From a virus (Duplodnaviria; Caudoviricetes): 39,586 nt of DNA. Of this stretch, positions 8,871 through 17,773 are shown piece by piece; the stretch's first letter is position 1; every line of letters starts with the position of its first letter. The notes below the pieces were generated by a model. It was not told the DNA's origin. It made no database searches and saw only the letters and a list, made by a program, of their open reading frames with translations. The position numbers and the translations under genes are program-made. The stretch covers positions 1 to 39,586 of the IMG/VR virus record IMGVR_UViG_3300026518_000025. The stretch is one strand, 5' to 3'.

Positions 8871-8932
8871 GTGTCCGCTACAACACAACTCATATTTTCC
8901 TCCTTATTTTCCAGACGACGGTCTGGAAGTTT
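8871..8932 (+). ncRNA. Candidate small RNA with anti-Shine-Dalgarno tract and terminal hairpin
   Basis: TGTTATAAT at 8857-8865, then CTCATATTTTCCTCCTTATTTT and hairpin TTCCAGAC-GACG-GTCTGGAA (8909-8928). Confidence 0.4.
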
Positions 8933-8963
8933 AATAATTTCTTAATCATACTTTAATTATAAT
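8932..8963 (+). promoter_or_regulatory. Degenerate class E promoter for the primase leader
   Basis: TAATAATTTCTTAATCATACTTTAATTATAAT, same 32-nt spacing as the other copies. Confidence 0.6.
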
Positions 8964-8969
8964 ACATTT

Positions 8970-9040
8970 AGACAACTTAACTTTGCCTACCATAGCAGCT
9001 TGGTCTAACATTCGTGTTAGGCAAAGTTAAGTTATCTTTT
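8970..9040 (+). ncRNA. Structured RNA (three-way junction, C4-antisense-like) in the primase leader
   Basis: P1 8974-8986/9021-9033 (13 bp perfect), P2 ACCA-TAGCAGCT-TGGT, P3 CTAACA-TTCG-TGTTAG, then TCTTTT; complementary site at 9055-9067. Confidence 0.55.
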
Positions 9041-9126
9041 AGAAGATTGGATATGTTATGGTAGGCATTCCCTCATTCTAAACATAATAACCGTATTTAA
9101 CTTAAATTCAAAAACCGGTCGTATAT

Positions 9127-11718
9127 ATGCAATTAACAATATTGTCAAACAGTAAAGGCAAAATGTGTAAAACCTATGAAAAAGATTTAACTAAAGATGG
9201 AGTTTCTCAACTGTATCAAGGTAAATACAAAGTTATATCTATATCATCTTTAGAGCAGATAGGTAGCATTAAGAAGAAACTAAAATCAAATCAAGCAATC
9301 ATTCTAGGTACACCAATAAACTCTCCAGAAGAAGGTGATATTTTTTCTAGAAACAATTATCGTGGATCTGGTATTACAAGAACTAAAGATATGTTCGAGA
9401 ATAAGTCAGGATTAATTTGTTTTGATTATGATGGTTTAGAACATATAGGTGACATTACGTTAGAACAGTTTAGAGATATGCTTATTAAGTGTGACTCGCA
9501 GCTTAAACATGTTGAAATGTTTCTAACGTACGCAAGTAGTTCTGGCATAACAAATGGCAAAGAACATAAAGGTTGGAGATCAATCCATGCTTATTGTAGA
9601 ATTGATAAAGAAATGTATATCAAGAGTTATGGTGAGTCATTACTGAATAATGGTTTAAATCATGGGTATGGTGAAATTAAGATTAACGAAACTGTATTCA
9701 AAGGATATATTAACGGTATCATAGATATATCACTTCTTAAAGGTGATCCTAGCCGTATCATATATGAAGCTGCTCCTATATTAAATCATAAAAAACTTAA
9801 GCGTGAAACAAAACCAGATTTATATTTTGCAGGTAAAGCAATACAAGGATCACAGATAGACAAAACAAAAATTAATGTTATCTTTCAAAATAAGGTTAAC
9901 ACTATTATTGAAAATCTTAAGAAAAAATATAAGTCTACTTCTAAAGATAGTAAAGACGTAAAACGTAGAAATATTGAACGAACTAATCAAATATACGGAT
10001 CAGACTATATATTTCTTAACAATGGTAAAAAAGTTAAAGCTCGTAAAGTTTTAATAGGCAAACATATTGAAGAAGATATGAGAGATCCTTTTGAACCAGA
10101 AAAAGGTCCAAATAAGGCAAAGATATTTGAAACAGAAGATTATACAAAGAGACCAACAATGCACAGTTTCTTACATGGTGGACAAATGTACTACTTCCAT
10201 GCTGATCTTGAAAGTTTACCATATCTTGTTGAACATTTAGAAGAGGAAGACATTTATACTATAGTAAAGCGTGACTTTAAAGGATATATGCAAGATAAAG
10301 CTGTTGCAGTTATCGCTGACGTTATGGATAAAACCGCAAGTAAGATCAGAAAATATATAAAAGAGTCCGATTATAGTAAACAAAAGGATTTACTTTGTTC
10401 CGAAGAAGGTCTTAGTAACGAAGAAGAAATTGCAACAGAACAACAAAAAGCATGGGAACAATTAAGTGAAAATACATTCTATATTCTAGAAGGTAAAAAT
10501 CCTTTATATATAGAAATAGATGATGATGGATCACTTCAATATAATACACCATTAAAATTGCGTGAAACTTATAAAGAATTCAATACTAAAGATAACGATT
10601 TTATTACTGAATGGATTGAAGGTGGTTTTCGTAAAAAGATTAAAGGTGTACGTTTCGATCCTAAACAAGAACCATCAAGTGTAATGAGTAATGGCTACTA
10701 CAACTTATGGAAAGGTTTCAGTTGTTCAGCAGCTGAAGGAGACGTTCAACCATTCTTAGATTTTACCAAAGACATTATTGTAGGTAACGATCCAGAATTG
10801 TTTGAATTCCTAATAGACTATCTTGCTCATATCGTACAATATCCTGATAAGAAAGAGGGCATGGCATGTGTTCTTAAAGGATCTAAAGGTGTAGGTAAAG
10901 ATACATGGATCGGAGCCTTCGCTTCATTATTTGATAGAAGTCATTATCTTGCTGTAAACAGTATGAAAACTATCACAGGTAATTTCAATATACATTTGCA
11001 ACATTCCATCATCTGTAACTTAGGTGAGGCTTTTTTTAGTGGTGATCATGCTGCTGAAGGTGCACTTAAAACTCTGATTACTGAAAAAGAAATGCAATAT
11101 GAGCCTAAACACATGGATAGCTTCAGTGGAAGCAATTACACAAGAGTATTTATGTCTACCAACCTTGACTGGGTTGTGCCTGCTAAAGGTAATGATGAAA
11201 GACGATATATAGTATTAGAAGTATCAGACCTAAGGCGAGGTGATCTCGATTATATGGACAAGTTTCGTATATGGCTAAATAATGGTGGCCGTGAAGCATT
11301 GCTACATTATCTTATGGAACGTGAAATAACTCACACTATGTATAAAGCACCTGAAACTAAAGCACTTGTTGAACAAAAAGAACATGGTCTTCATGGTATT
11401 GAAAAATGGATCTATGACTGTGCTATGAGAAATGATCTACTAGGTGCTAATAGTTTTTCAAGTAAAGAATTTTTTGATGTTGAGATAAAAGCTGGTGAAT
11501 TATTTGATAGCTATAAAGAATACAGTAAAGATAAATATATTGGAACAGCTGCAGCATTAAGCAGAAAGATAAACGAACTTTGTGATCCTATAAAACCTGG
11601 AGAGATTGAAGGAGATGGTCGTAGATCATTTAAAGAGTTTAAAAAGAAGCGTTTTATTAAAGCGTTTAAAAATAAAACAGGTATCGAAATAAGAAAAGAA
11701 GATTTAGGGAGTCTCTAA
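9127..11718 (+). CDS. Primase-helicase (N-terminal AEP-like domain, C-terminal SF3/D5-type DUF5906 NTPase)
   Basis: FDYD and SIHAY primase-like motifs; YNLWKGF, GSKGVGKD Walker A, LKTLITE, MSTN, ERRY. Confidence 0.85.
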   Translation: MQLTILSNSKGKMCKTYEKDLTKDGVSQLYQGKYKVISISSLEQIGSIKKKLKSNQAIILGTPINSPEEGDIFSRNNYRGSGITRTKDMFENKSGLICFDYDGLEHIGDITLEQFRDMLIKCDSQLKHVEMFLTYASSSGITNGKEHKGWRSIHAYCRIDKEMYIKSYGESLLNNGLNHGYGEIKINETVFKGYINGIIDISLLKGDPSRIIYEAAPILNHKKLKRETKPDLYFAGKAIQGSQIDKTKINVIFQNKVNTIIENLKKKYKSTSKDSKDVKRRNIERTNQIYGSDYIFLNNGKKVKARKVLIGKHIEEDMRDPFEPEKGPNKAKIFETEDYTKRPTMHSFLHGGQMYYFHADLESLPYLVEHLEEEDIYTIVKRDFKGYMQDKAVAVIADVMDKTASKIRKYIKESDYSKQKDLLCSEEGLSNEEEIATEQQKAWEQLSENTFYILEGKNPLYIEIDDDGSLQYNTPLKLRETYKEFNTKDNDFITEWIEGGFRKKIKGVRFDPKQEPSSVMSNGYYNLWKGFSCSAAEGDVQPFLDFTKDIIVGNDPELFEFLIDYLAHIVQYPDKKEGMACVLKGSKGVGKDTWIGAFASLFDRSHYLAVNSMKTITGNFNIHLQHSIICNLGEAFFSGDHAAEGALKTLITEKEMQYEPKHMDSFSGSNYTRVFMSTNLDWVVPAKGNDERRYIVLEVSDLRRGDLDYMDKFRIWLNNGGREALLHYLMEREITHTMYKAPETKALVEQKEHGLHGIEKWIYDCAMRNDLLGANSFSSKEFFDVEIKAGELFDSYKEYSKDKYIGTAAALSRKINELCDPIKPGEIEGDGRRSFKEFKKKRFIKAFKNKTGIEIRKEDLGSL

Positions 11719-11950
11719 ACGAGGCTTCTACATTATTTATTTTAAAGTCCTACATTTTTCTAACTTCCTCATTAAGGCTTCTATAATTGTAGAAGCTTCT
11801 ACATTCAATCTTTAAATGATCTTTGATTAAAAACATGTTTGCATGCATTGTTTGCATTGCCTTTCAACTTTATTATACGGGGTATTGTGTTTTTTAGAAG
11901 TGAGTACTTTAACCTTACACCATTTTAAAAATATATGCATACAAACATGC
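11719..11950. other. Non-coding repeat-rich region, candidate replication origin
   Basis: GCTTCTA(C/T)A repeats near 11724, 11777 and 11795; palindrome GCTTCTA-TAATTG-TAGAAGC; 15-bp inverted repeat 11834-11848/11935-11949. Confidence 0.45.
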
Positions 11951-11974
11951 TGACAAAATTTAAATAAGGATTCT

Positions 11975-12006
11975 TAATTTACATTTAAACAAACTTTGAA
12001 TATAAT
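11975..12006 (+). promoter_or_regulatory. Class E promoter
   Basis: TAATTTACATTTAAACAAACTTTGAATATAAT. Confidence 0.75.
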
Positions 12007-12033
12007 ATAGTTATAACAAATAAGGAGTCTTAA

Positions 12034-12210
12034 ATGATTTATACAGAAAACATAATTGAATTAAACCTTGGATATTACTTCCCTCACGTTACACAAGATA
12101 TTGTTAAAAAGATTTGTTCTAAAACAGAAGAAGAAATAATTGAAATATTTAGACTTTTAGGAAATGCTACTTTATTTTCAATTGAAGATTTAATCGAGTA
12201 TCTTAATTAA
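12034..12210 (+). CDS. Hypothetical acidic protein, 58 aa
   Basis: Manual translation MIYTENIIEL...LIEYLN; TAAGGAG RBS and own promoter. Confidence 0.7.
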   Translation: MIYTENIIELNLGYYFPHVTQDIVKKICSKTEEEIIEIFRLLGNATLFSIEDLIEYLN

Positions 12211-12239
12211 TAATTCTTTAAACAAACATTGATTATAAT
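12208..12239 (+). promoter_or_regulatory. Class E promoter
   Basis: TAATAATTCTTTAAACAAACATTGATTATAAT. Confidence 0.78.
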
Positions 12240-12272
12240 ACAAATATCAAAATATTCATAAGGAATTAAGTT

Positions 12273-12464
12273 ATGTCTAAAAAACATATTACATCTGCAG
12301 ATCTCGTAATAGATCACGGAGAAGAGATTATAGAATTACGTAAGAAAGGTGCAACAGTAACACGTCTTGTTGCAAAGTATGGTTGCTCTAGAAACACTAT
12401 GACAACAACACTTGGTAAGTTAGGTTTCGATTTACCTGAATGGGCTAAAAAAGATAATGCATAA
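12273..12464 (+). CDS. Small helix-turn-helix DNA-binding protein
   Basis: EIIELRKKGATVTRLVAKYGCSRNTMTTTL fits an HTH pattern. Confidence 0.65.
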   Translation: MSKKHITSADLVIDHGEEIIELRKKGATVTRLVAKYGCSRNTMTTTLGKLGFDLPEWAKKDNA

Positions 12465-12963
12465 TTTTAGCTCAGGAGCAAAACGAGACTTATTAGTCAT
12501 TTACTTTGCTAGATCGTTAATTCATATAGCTTTAGATATGCAAGATGAAGATCGTGAAGGTACTATAGAACGTCCTAGAGACAACAAAAACTATAAGACA
12601 AATAAACGTATTGATAGAAGATTACAAAAGCTTCTAGATACCATAGATGAGACTATAGCTGACATTCCAGCGCCGTTAATGATTACATTATCTGTTTGGT
12701 TAAAGAAACAATTAGCTTCTAAGATTAAGAAGGTTCTTAAAGGTCTTTCAGAAAAAGAAATTCAATTAGAGATGTTAGCTTTATGGATTTTATTTGTTAA
12801 CTTTGAAAATCGTAAAGTATTGATGAGTATTTATAAGAAATTTACAGATCATACTCTTTATTTTGATGATGTTGAATTACTTATGAAAGTTGGTGTGTCT
12901 GATGATTGTAACGGCAATATGTTCTTTCTTGCAGATGATATTGTTAGACAAATTAAAAATTAA
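12457..12963 (+). CDS. Hypothetical helical protein, 168 aa
   Basis: ORF overlapping the upstream gene; no motif recognised. Confidence 0.75.
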   Translation: MHNFSSGAKRDLLVIYFARSLIHIALDMQDEDREGTIERPRDNKNYKTNKRIDRRLQKLLDTIDETIADIPAPLMITLSVWLKKQLASKIKKVLKGLSEKEIQLEMLALWILFVNFENRKVLMSIYKKFTDHTLYFDDVELLMKVGVSDDCNGNMFFLADDIVRQIKN

Positions 12964-12972
12964 GGACGAACA

Positions 12973-13143
12973 ATGAAAGTACAAGTAGAAGACTTAAGAA
13001 GCTTATTTTTAGTTATTGAAAGAGCTGTTAGTGATCGTAATATTCCAGAGAAACAAAAACCAAGATGGATCAGAATATTACAAATAGTTGCTAAAACATC
13101 TTTTGATCTTGGTAGAAACGGTAAAGCAGAGATAGAAATATGA
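12973..13143 (+). CDS. Hypothetical protein, 56 aa
   Basis: Manual translation MKVQVEDLRS...AEIEI; TAAGGA RBS. Confidence 0.65.
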   Translation: MKVQVEDLRSLFLVIERAVSDRNIPEKQKPRWIRILQIVAKTSFDLGRNGKAEIEI

Positions 13144-13244
13144 TTGTTGTTTACTCAATACTGGTTATCGGTGCTATTGCTTCATTAGGTAATTTGATTT
13201 TACAATCTTATTGGTTTTATGTAACTGTTATAAAGGATAAATAA
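13140..13244 (+). CDS. Small membrane peptide, 34 aa
   Basis: MIVVYSILVIGAIASLGNLILQSYWFYVTVIKDK; ATGA and TAATG overlaps with both neighbours. Confidence 0.55.
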   Translation: MIVVYSILVIGAIASLGNLILQSYWFYVTVIKDK

Positions 13245-13816
13245 TGAATGTAACTCTGTTAAACAAACCTACATTAGATTTTACTGATTTAGCAATTGGT
13301 GAATGTTATTCAAAAGGTTGTTATGCTGATCCTGAAAAACGTAAGAAACGTATTCAGAAGGTAGCATTAAAACATAAACATTCTTCAGTATTAGAGTTTA
13401 CTAATTTTATATTTGAGATCGAAGCAAGTACAAAAGTATTGTTAGAAATGACGCGACATCGTTTAGCTTCTTATGCTTGTAAGTCTTCAAGATATACACT
13501 TAACAAAGGTGAGATTGTTTTTGAAAAGACTGGTGATGTTGAAATTGATGAACTTTTAGACAATTGGAAACAGTTAATTGAACATCAAGTTTGGATAGGT
13601 AAATCAAACGAAGTAACTTCGCTTATGTTACCACAAGTATATCAGTATCGTTGGACTGCACAATTCAATGCAAGATCTTTAATGAACTTCTTAGAACTTA
13701 GACGGGCTAAAGCTGCTCATTTTCATATACGTGACGTTGCTGAAGAAATGTTTAATCTTATTCCAGAGGAAATTAGATATGTATTTGAACAATATACAGA
13801 TCCAGATGAATCGTGA
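13244..13816 (+). CDS. thyX: Flavin-dependent thymidylate synthase
   Basis: HSSVLE, RHRLASYACKSSRY (RHR-x7-S signature), NARSLMNFLELR. Confidence 0.93.
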   Translation: MNVTLLNKPTLDFTDLAIGECYSKGCYADPEKRKKRIQKVALKHKHSSVLEFTNFIFEIEASTKVLLEMTRHRLASYACKSSRYTLNKGEIVFEKTGDVEIDELLDNWKQLIEHQVWIGKSNEVTSLMLPQVYQYRWTAQFNARSLMNFLELRRAKAAHFHIRDVAEEMFNLIPEEIRYVFEQYTDPDES

Positions 13817-13879
13817 TAAAATAGCTAAAGCAAATGCTATATTTATTTTGAAAGAACTTAAGAAGGATATTAAAAAGAT

Positions 13880-14335
13880 ATGTCTAAAAGTCTAACAAAA
13901 AAAGAGAAGAAATTCTGTAAACTATATGTTAAAAATAGAAACTTAACTGAAACAAAGTTGCAGCTTGGATATACTATTGACATAAACAAGAAGAAGTTTA
14001 GAGAGTTTATACAATCTTTTCCTGTTCCTGTTGACTTTGATATTCCTAAAGATCCAATACTTCGTACACTATATGCTATAGCAACGTTCGATCCATTGTC
14101 TATGTACGATGATAAAGGAGATGTTAAACCTCTTAAGTCATTAACAGATGAACAGAGAATGGCACTTAAATCTTATCGTGAAGTTAGAGATGGCGCAGTA
14201 TTTACTACACATAACAAACAACAAGCAATTGAAGCTATTATGAAGCATTTAGGATTATTTGAGAAAGATAATGCTCAAAAGAAAGATACTAATGCAGTAC
14301 AACTTAATTTTAATGCGATGTATGATGAAACTTAA
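13880..14335 (+). CDS. terS: Terminase small subunit
   Basis: LTKKEKKFCKLY N-terminus, KQQAIEAIMKHLGLF C-terminus; directly upstream of terL. Confidence 0.85.
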   Translation: MSKSLTKKEKKFCKLYVKNRNLTETKLQLGYTIDINKKKFREFIQSFPVPVDFDIPKDPILRTLYAIATFDPLSMYDDKGDVKPLKSLTDEQRMALKSYREVRDGAVFTTHNKQQAIEAIMKHLGLFEKDNAQKKDTNAVQLNFNAMYDET

Positions 14336-15686
14336 TCCTAATCTAAAGTGGGTCTGGTCTACTAAAGCAGATTTAAAGATCATTAAAGGTGGTCGTGCTT
14401 CTGGTAAAACACATGAAGTTGCAGGAATGGCTGTTTACTTGTCTACAAAATATCGTGTCAAATTCTTATGTGTTAGACAATTTCAAAATAAAATTCAAGA
14501 GTCTGTTTACGCTGTACTTAAATTAAAGATTGAAGAAGCAAAACTTACTGATCAATTTACATTTACTAAATCAACAATACGACATAACCTTACAGGTAGT
14601 GAGTTTTTCTTTTATGGTATCAATAGAAACATTACAGAGATTAAAGGTTTTGAAGGTGCTGATATATGTTGGATTGAAGAAGGTGAAGGTCTTACTCAAG
14701 AACAATGGTCAATTATAGAGCCTACTCTTCGTAAAGAAGGCGCAGAATGTTGGATCATCTATAATCCTAGAATGCAAGAAGATTTCATTGAGACATTTAA
14801 ACATGATCTTGATAATGGTGTTTTAGTTACTCAAATAAACTACGATCAAAATCCATTTCTTTCAGATACAATGGTGCGTAAAATTGAACGTATGAAAGAA
14901 GCAGATCAAGAAGAATACGAACATATTTATTTAGGTATTCCAAGACAAGATAATGAAGAATCAATTATAAAGCGTAGTTGGTTAGAAGCTTGTGTTGACG
15001 CTCATCTGAAGTTAAATATAACACCATCAGGACAAAAAGTAGTTGGATTTGATGTAGCAGATGATGGAGAAGATAAAAATGCTCTGGTGAAACGTCATGG
15101 ACAATTATTAGAACATATAGAAGAATGGAAAGCGGCTGAAGATGAACTTAATAGAAGTGCTAAAAGAGTATTTAACTTTGCTTTAAAAGATAGATCAAAA
15201 ATTGTTTATGATTCAATAGGTGTTGGTGCTTCTGCTGGAAGTAATTTTAGAGATTTTAATATAGCTACAGGTGGATCTGTTCATAACCTCATCTATAAGA
15301 AGTTTAATGCCGGTGCAGTTGTTGAGAATCCTGATAGAACATATAAAGATACTGGAATAAAAAATCGTGATTACTTTAGTAACCTTAAAGCACAAGCATG
15401 GTGGGACATAGCAGAGCGTTGTAAAAAGACTTATAATGCCGTAACCAAGGGCGATGATATTAAGGATTCTGACGTGATCTCTATAAGTTCTGATTTAAAA
15501 CATTTAACACAACTCATTACAGAATTAAGTACACCTAAACGTGATTTTGATAAGTCTGGAAAGATTAAAGTTGAGTCAAAAGATGATCTTAAGAAACGTA
15601 AAGTTAAATCTCCGAATATTGCAGACGCTGCGATAATGGCATTTTTTAATGTTAAATCCGGTGGAGTAGAAGCAATGATGTCTTAA
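14322..15686 (+). CDS. terL: Terminase large subunit (PBSX-like)
   Basis: GGRASGKT Walker A, CWIEEGE Walker B, YNP, GFDVADDGED nuclease Asp, SPNIADA; start uncertain (14322 or 14325). Confidence 0.95.
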   Translation: MMKLNPNLKWVWSTKADLKIIKGGRASGKTHEVAGMAVYLSTKYRVKFLCVRQFQNKIQESVYAVLKLKIEEAKLTDQFTFTKSTIRHNLTGSEFFFYGINRNITEIKGFEGADICWIEEGEGLTQEQWSIIEPTLRKEGAECWIIYNPRMQEDFIETFKHDLDNGVLVTQINYDQNPFLSDTMVRKIERMKEADQEEYEHIYLGIPRQDNEESIIKRSWLEACVDAHLKLNITPSGQKVVGFDVADDGEDKNALVKRHGQLLEHIEEWKAAEDELNRSAKRVFNFALKDRSKIVYDSIGVGASAGSNFRDFNIATGGSVHNLIYKKFNAGAVVENPDRTYKDTGIKNRDYFSNLKAQAWWDIAERCKKTYNAVTKGDDIKDSDVISISSDLKHLTQLITELSTPKRDFDKSGKIKVESKDDLKKRKVKSPNIADAAIMAFFNVKSGGVEAMMS

Positions 15687-15700
15687 AACATGATATAATT
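15685..15700 (+). promoter_or_regulatory. Class L (late-type) extended -10 promoter
   Basis: AAAACATGATATAATT, recurring at 21206, 25272 and 31776. Confidence 0.75.
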
Positions 15701-15721
15701 GCTCAAACAAAGGATTTTATT

Positions 15722-16477
15722 ATGTTTTCACCAATTCCTGACGATACAAATTTCTTATTAAAAATTAAGATGGGTTTAGTACCTGGCTTTTCCATAGTTC
15801 ATAAGTTTGGGTTTAATCCTGATATTGATGTTGCAGGTGTTTATGAAACAGTTTGGTCTAAAGGTGGGCAATATTCTTTTAGAGAAACACCAACAAACTT
15901 TTATTTAAGTTCATCTGACGCTTCTGATGTTGGTCAACAATTTGAAGTAATCTTACTTGATGTTAACTACAACGAATCAACGCATATTATACAACTTAAT
16001 GGTCAAACAGGAGTTCTTATTCCTGACGGTCAATACTTAAGATGTAACAGTCTTATGAATGTGTCACAACCTTCCAAAGTAACAATAGGCGATGTTAGTA
16101 TAGGCACAGAAACATCACCAGTTGGTGGAGTACCTACATTAATCAATACTGTTGCATTTGCAGCTTCACAAAATCAAATATCTAACCAGGCAGTTTATAC
16201 AGTACCAGCAGATCATACTGCTTTTATTGCTAATCTTTCAGCTTCAGTTGGTAAAAATAAAGACGCAACAGTTCTTGGATCATTTAGAGAATTTAACGGT
16301 ACATTTAAAAATACTGAACAATTAGGTCTTTATCAGAACACAGTTCAAAGAACAATACCTTTTTCTGTAATGCCTGAAAAGAGTGACTTACAAATGATAG
16401 GAACTGCTGAAACAAACAACCAAGATATAGCAGCAGGCTTTGATTTCATTCTTGTAGATAATGCATATCTTGGTTGA
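15722..16477 (+). CDS. Hypothetical beta-rich protein, possibly virion-associated
   Basis: 251 aa rich in G/S/T/V, VHKFGFNPDID...ETVW; own late promoter; function not recognised. Confidence 0.7.
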   Translation: MFSPIPDDTNFLLKIKMGLVPGFSIVHKFGFNPDIDVAGVYETVWSKGGQYSFRETPTNFYLSSSDASDVGQQFEVILLDVNYNESTHIIQLNGQTGVLIPDGQYLRCNSLMNVSQPSKVTIGDVSIGTETSPVGGVPTLINTVAFAASQNQISNQAVYTVPADHTAFIANLSASVGKNKDATVLGSFREFNGTFKNTEQLGLYQNTVQRTIPFSVMPEKSDLQMIGTAETNNQDIAAGFDFILVDNAYLG

Positions 16478-16539
16478 TATATTATTACTAAATATAAGTA
16501 ATGAGTTAAGATATAAAATAATAAAATTTAGGAGAAAAA

Positions 16540-16749
16540 ATGAAAGCAACAACTAAATCAAAAGCTAGACAAATAACATTTTGGATATCTTTTATTTATG
16601 TATTGTTATTTACAACTATTGCTTTTGGTTTTCATTTAGCTAGTTTTGAGGTCATATCTTTCTGGCCAATATTTTCAGGTACTATTGGTTATTTAAGTTC
16701 ACTTGGTATTGCCAATTATTTAAGTACACCAAAGAGTACAGATGAATAG
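16540..16749 (+). CDS. Putative holin
   Basis: 69 aa, two hydrophobic segments, charged termini, first in the lysis cassette. Confidence 0.6.
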   Translation: MKATTKSKARQITFWISFIYVLLFTTIAFGFHLASFEVISFWPIFSGTIGYLSSLGIANYLSTPKSTDE

Positions 16750-17113
16750 TTTATGGATCATAGGAGTGTTAATCATGTCTTTAGGTTTTGAATATTTATA
16801 CTTCGATCACCTCATCAAAAATAAACAATTAGAGATCACAACGTGTCAAACAACATCTATTGTGAAACAAGTAAATATTCAAGAGCTTAACACTTCATTA
16901 AACAATCAAAACAAAAAATATCAGATCTTAAATGATGATTACAATCAAATACTTATTAATCTTGAAGCATGGAAAGTTAAACCGGCTGAAATTAAATATA
17001 AGATAATTTATAGAGATATTATAAAGGAGGTTCCACTTGACTCGAATACATGTAAAGATGTTTCATCTGTGCTTGATAGCATTCGCACTATTGATCTTAA
17101 CGAGTTGTACTAA
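16742..17113 (+). CDS. Putative inner-membrane spanin (Rz-like)
   Basis: N-terminal TM segment, coiled-coil body with Cys; overlapped by a lipoprotein gene. Confidence 0.65.
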   Translation: MNSLWIIGVLIMSLGFEYLYFDHLIKNKQLEITTCQTTSIVKQVNIQELNTSLNNQNKKYQILNDDYNQILINLEAWKVKPAEIKYKIIYRDIIKEVPLDSNTCKDVSSVLDSIRTIDLNELY

Positions 17114-17291
17114 CAACTGTAAGCCTGAAATTATAATTAAGACTAAAGAAGTTTTAGTTCCTGTCAAAGGTAAAGTTCCTAAAGTTATATGTGAGAATGC
17201 TGATGTAAATTCATCACAGATTGAAGTAATAGTAAAAGTTTTAGAGTGTAATATAAAACTTAGAAAAACAATAATGGAGTACAACAAGTGA
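17037..17291 (+). CDS. Putative outer-membrane spanin lipoprotein (Rz1-like)
   Basis: Signal peptide with lipobox LILTS-C; AAGGAGG RBS before TTG; overlaps the i-spanin 3' end. Confidence 0.7.
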   Translation: MTRIHVKMFHLCLIAFALLILTSCTNNCKPEIIIKTKEVLVPVKGKVPKVICENADVNSSQIEVIVKVLECNIKLRKTIMEYNK

Positions 17292-17773
17292 TGGAAATAT
17301 GTGCAGGATGCGATAAGGTATTGGATGAGGTGCGAAAATTGAAAGATGAATTTGAACATGAGAGTCGTGACACGGCTGTACAGATAGCTAAATTTGAAGG
17401 TGAGAAGAAAGAACTTATCTCAATGACTAAATCCATGCACAAACGTTTAGATGATTCTAACAAGCGGTTTGAAGAACACATGAGAACTGAAGAAGATCAA
17501 CGTGAAGAACAAACTGAAGCTATTCATTCATTATCAACAAATATAAAAGTTTATGCTGCAACTAATAATGAAAGCCTTAAATGGATGAAGATTATTGCTT
17601 ATGTATTTGGTGTTGGTGTGTTAGGAATACTTGGTTATTTATTTTTAGAACTTACAGATACTCAAAGAACTTTAAACGATGAAATATCCAATGGTAAATA
17701 TTATGAATCAAATCGTGATACAATTGTTGAAATAATTGAAAGATATAAATTAGATAAAAAGGATCCTAAATGA
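17288..17773 (+). CDS. Coiled-coil membrane protein (lysis accessory / second holin-like)
   Basis: Charged coiled coil followed by one TM (IIAYVFGVGVLGILGYLFL). Confidence 0.6.
   Translation: MMEICAGCDKVLDEVRKLKDEFEHESRDTAVQIAKFEGEKKELISMTKSMHKRLDDSNKRFEEHMRTEEDQREEQTEAIHSLSTNIKVYAATNNESLKWMKIIAYVFGVGVLGILGYLFLELTDTQRTLNDEISNGKYYESNRDTIVEIIERYKLDKKDPK

Noticed and set aside
8970-9040. Multi-stem element as a tRNA
   Set aside because: Only three stems, a 13-bp closing stem, and no anticodon arm or CCA end.
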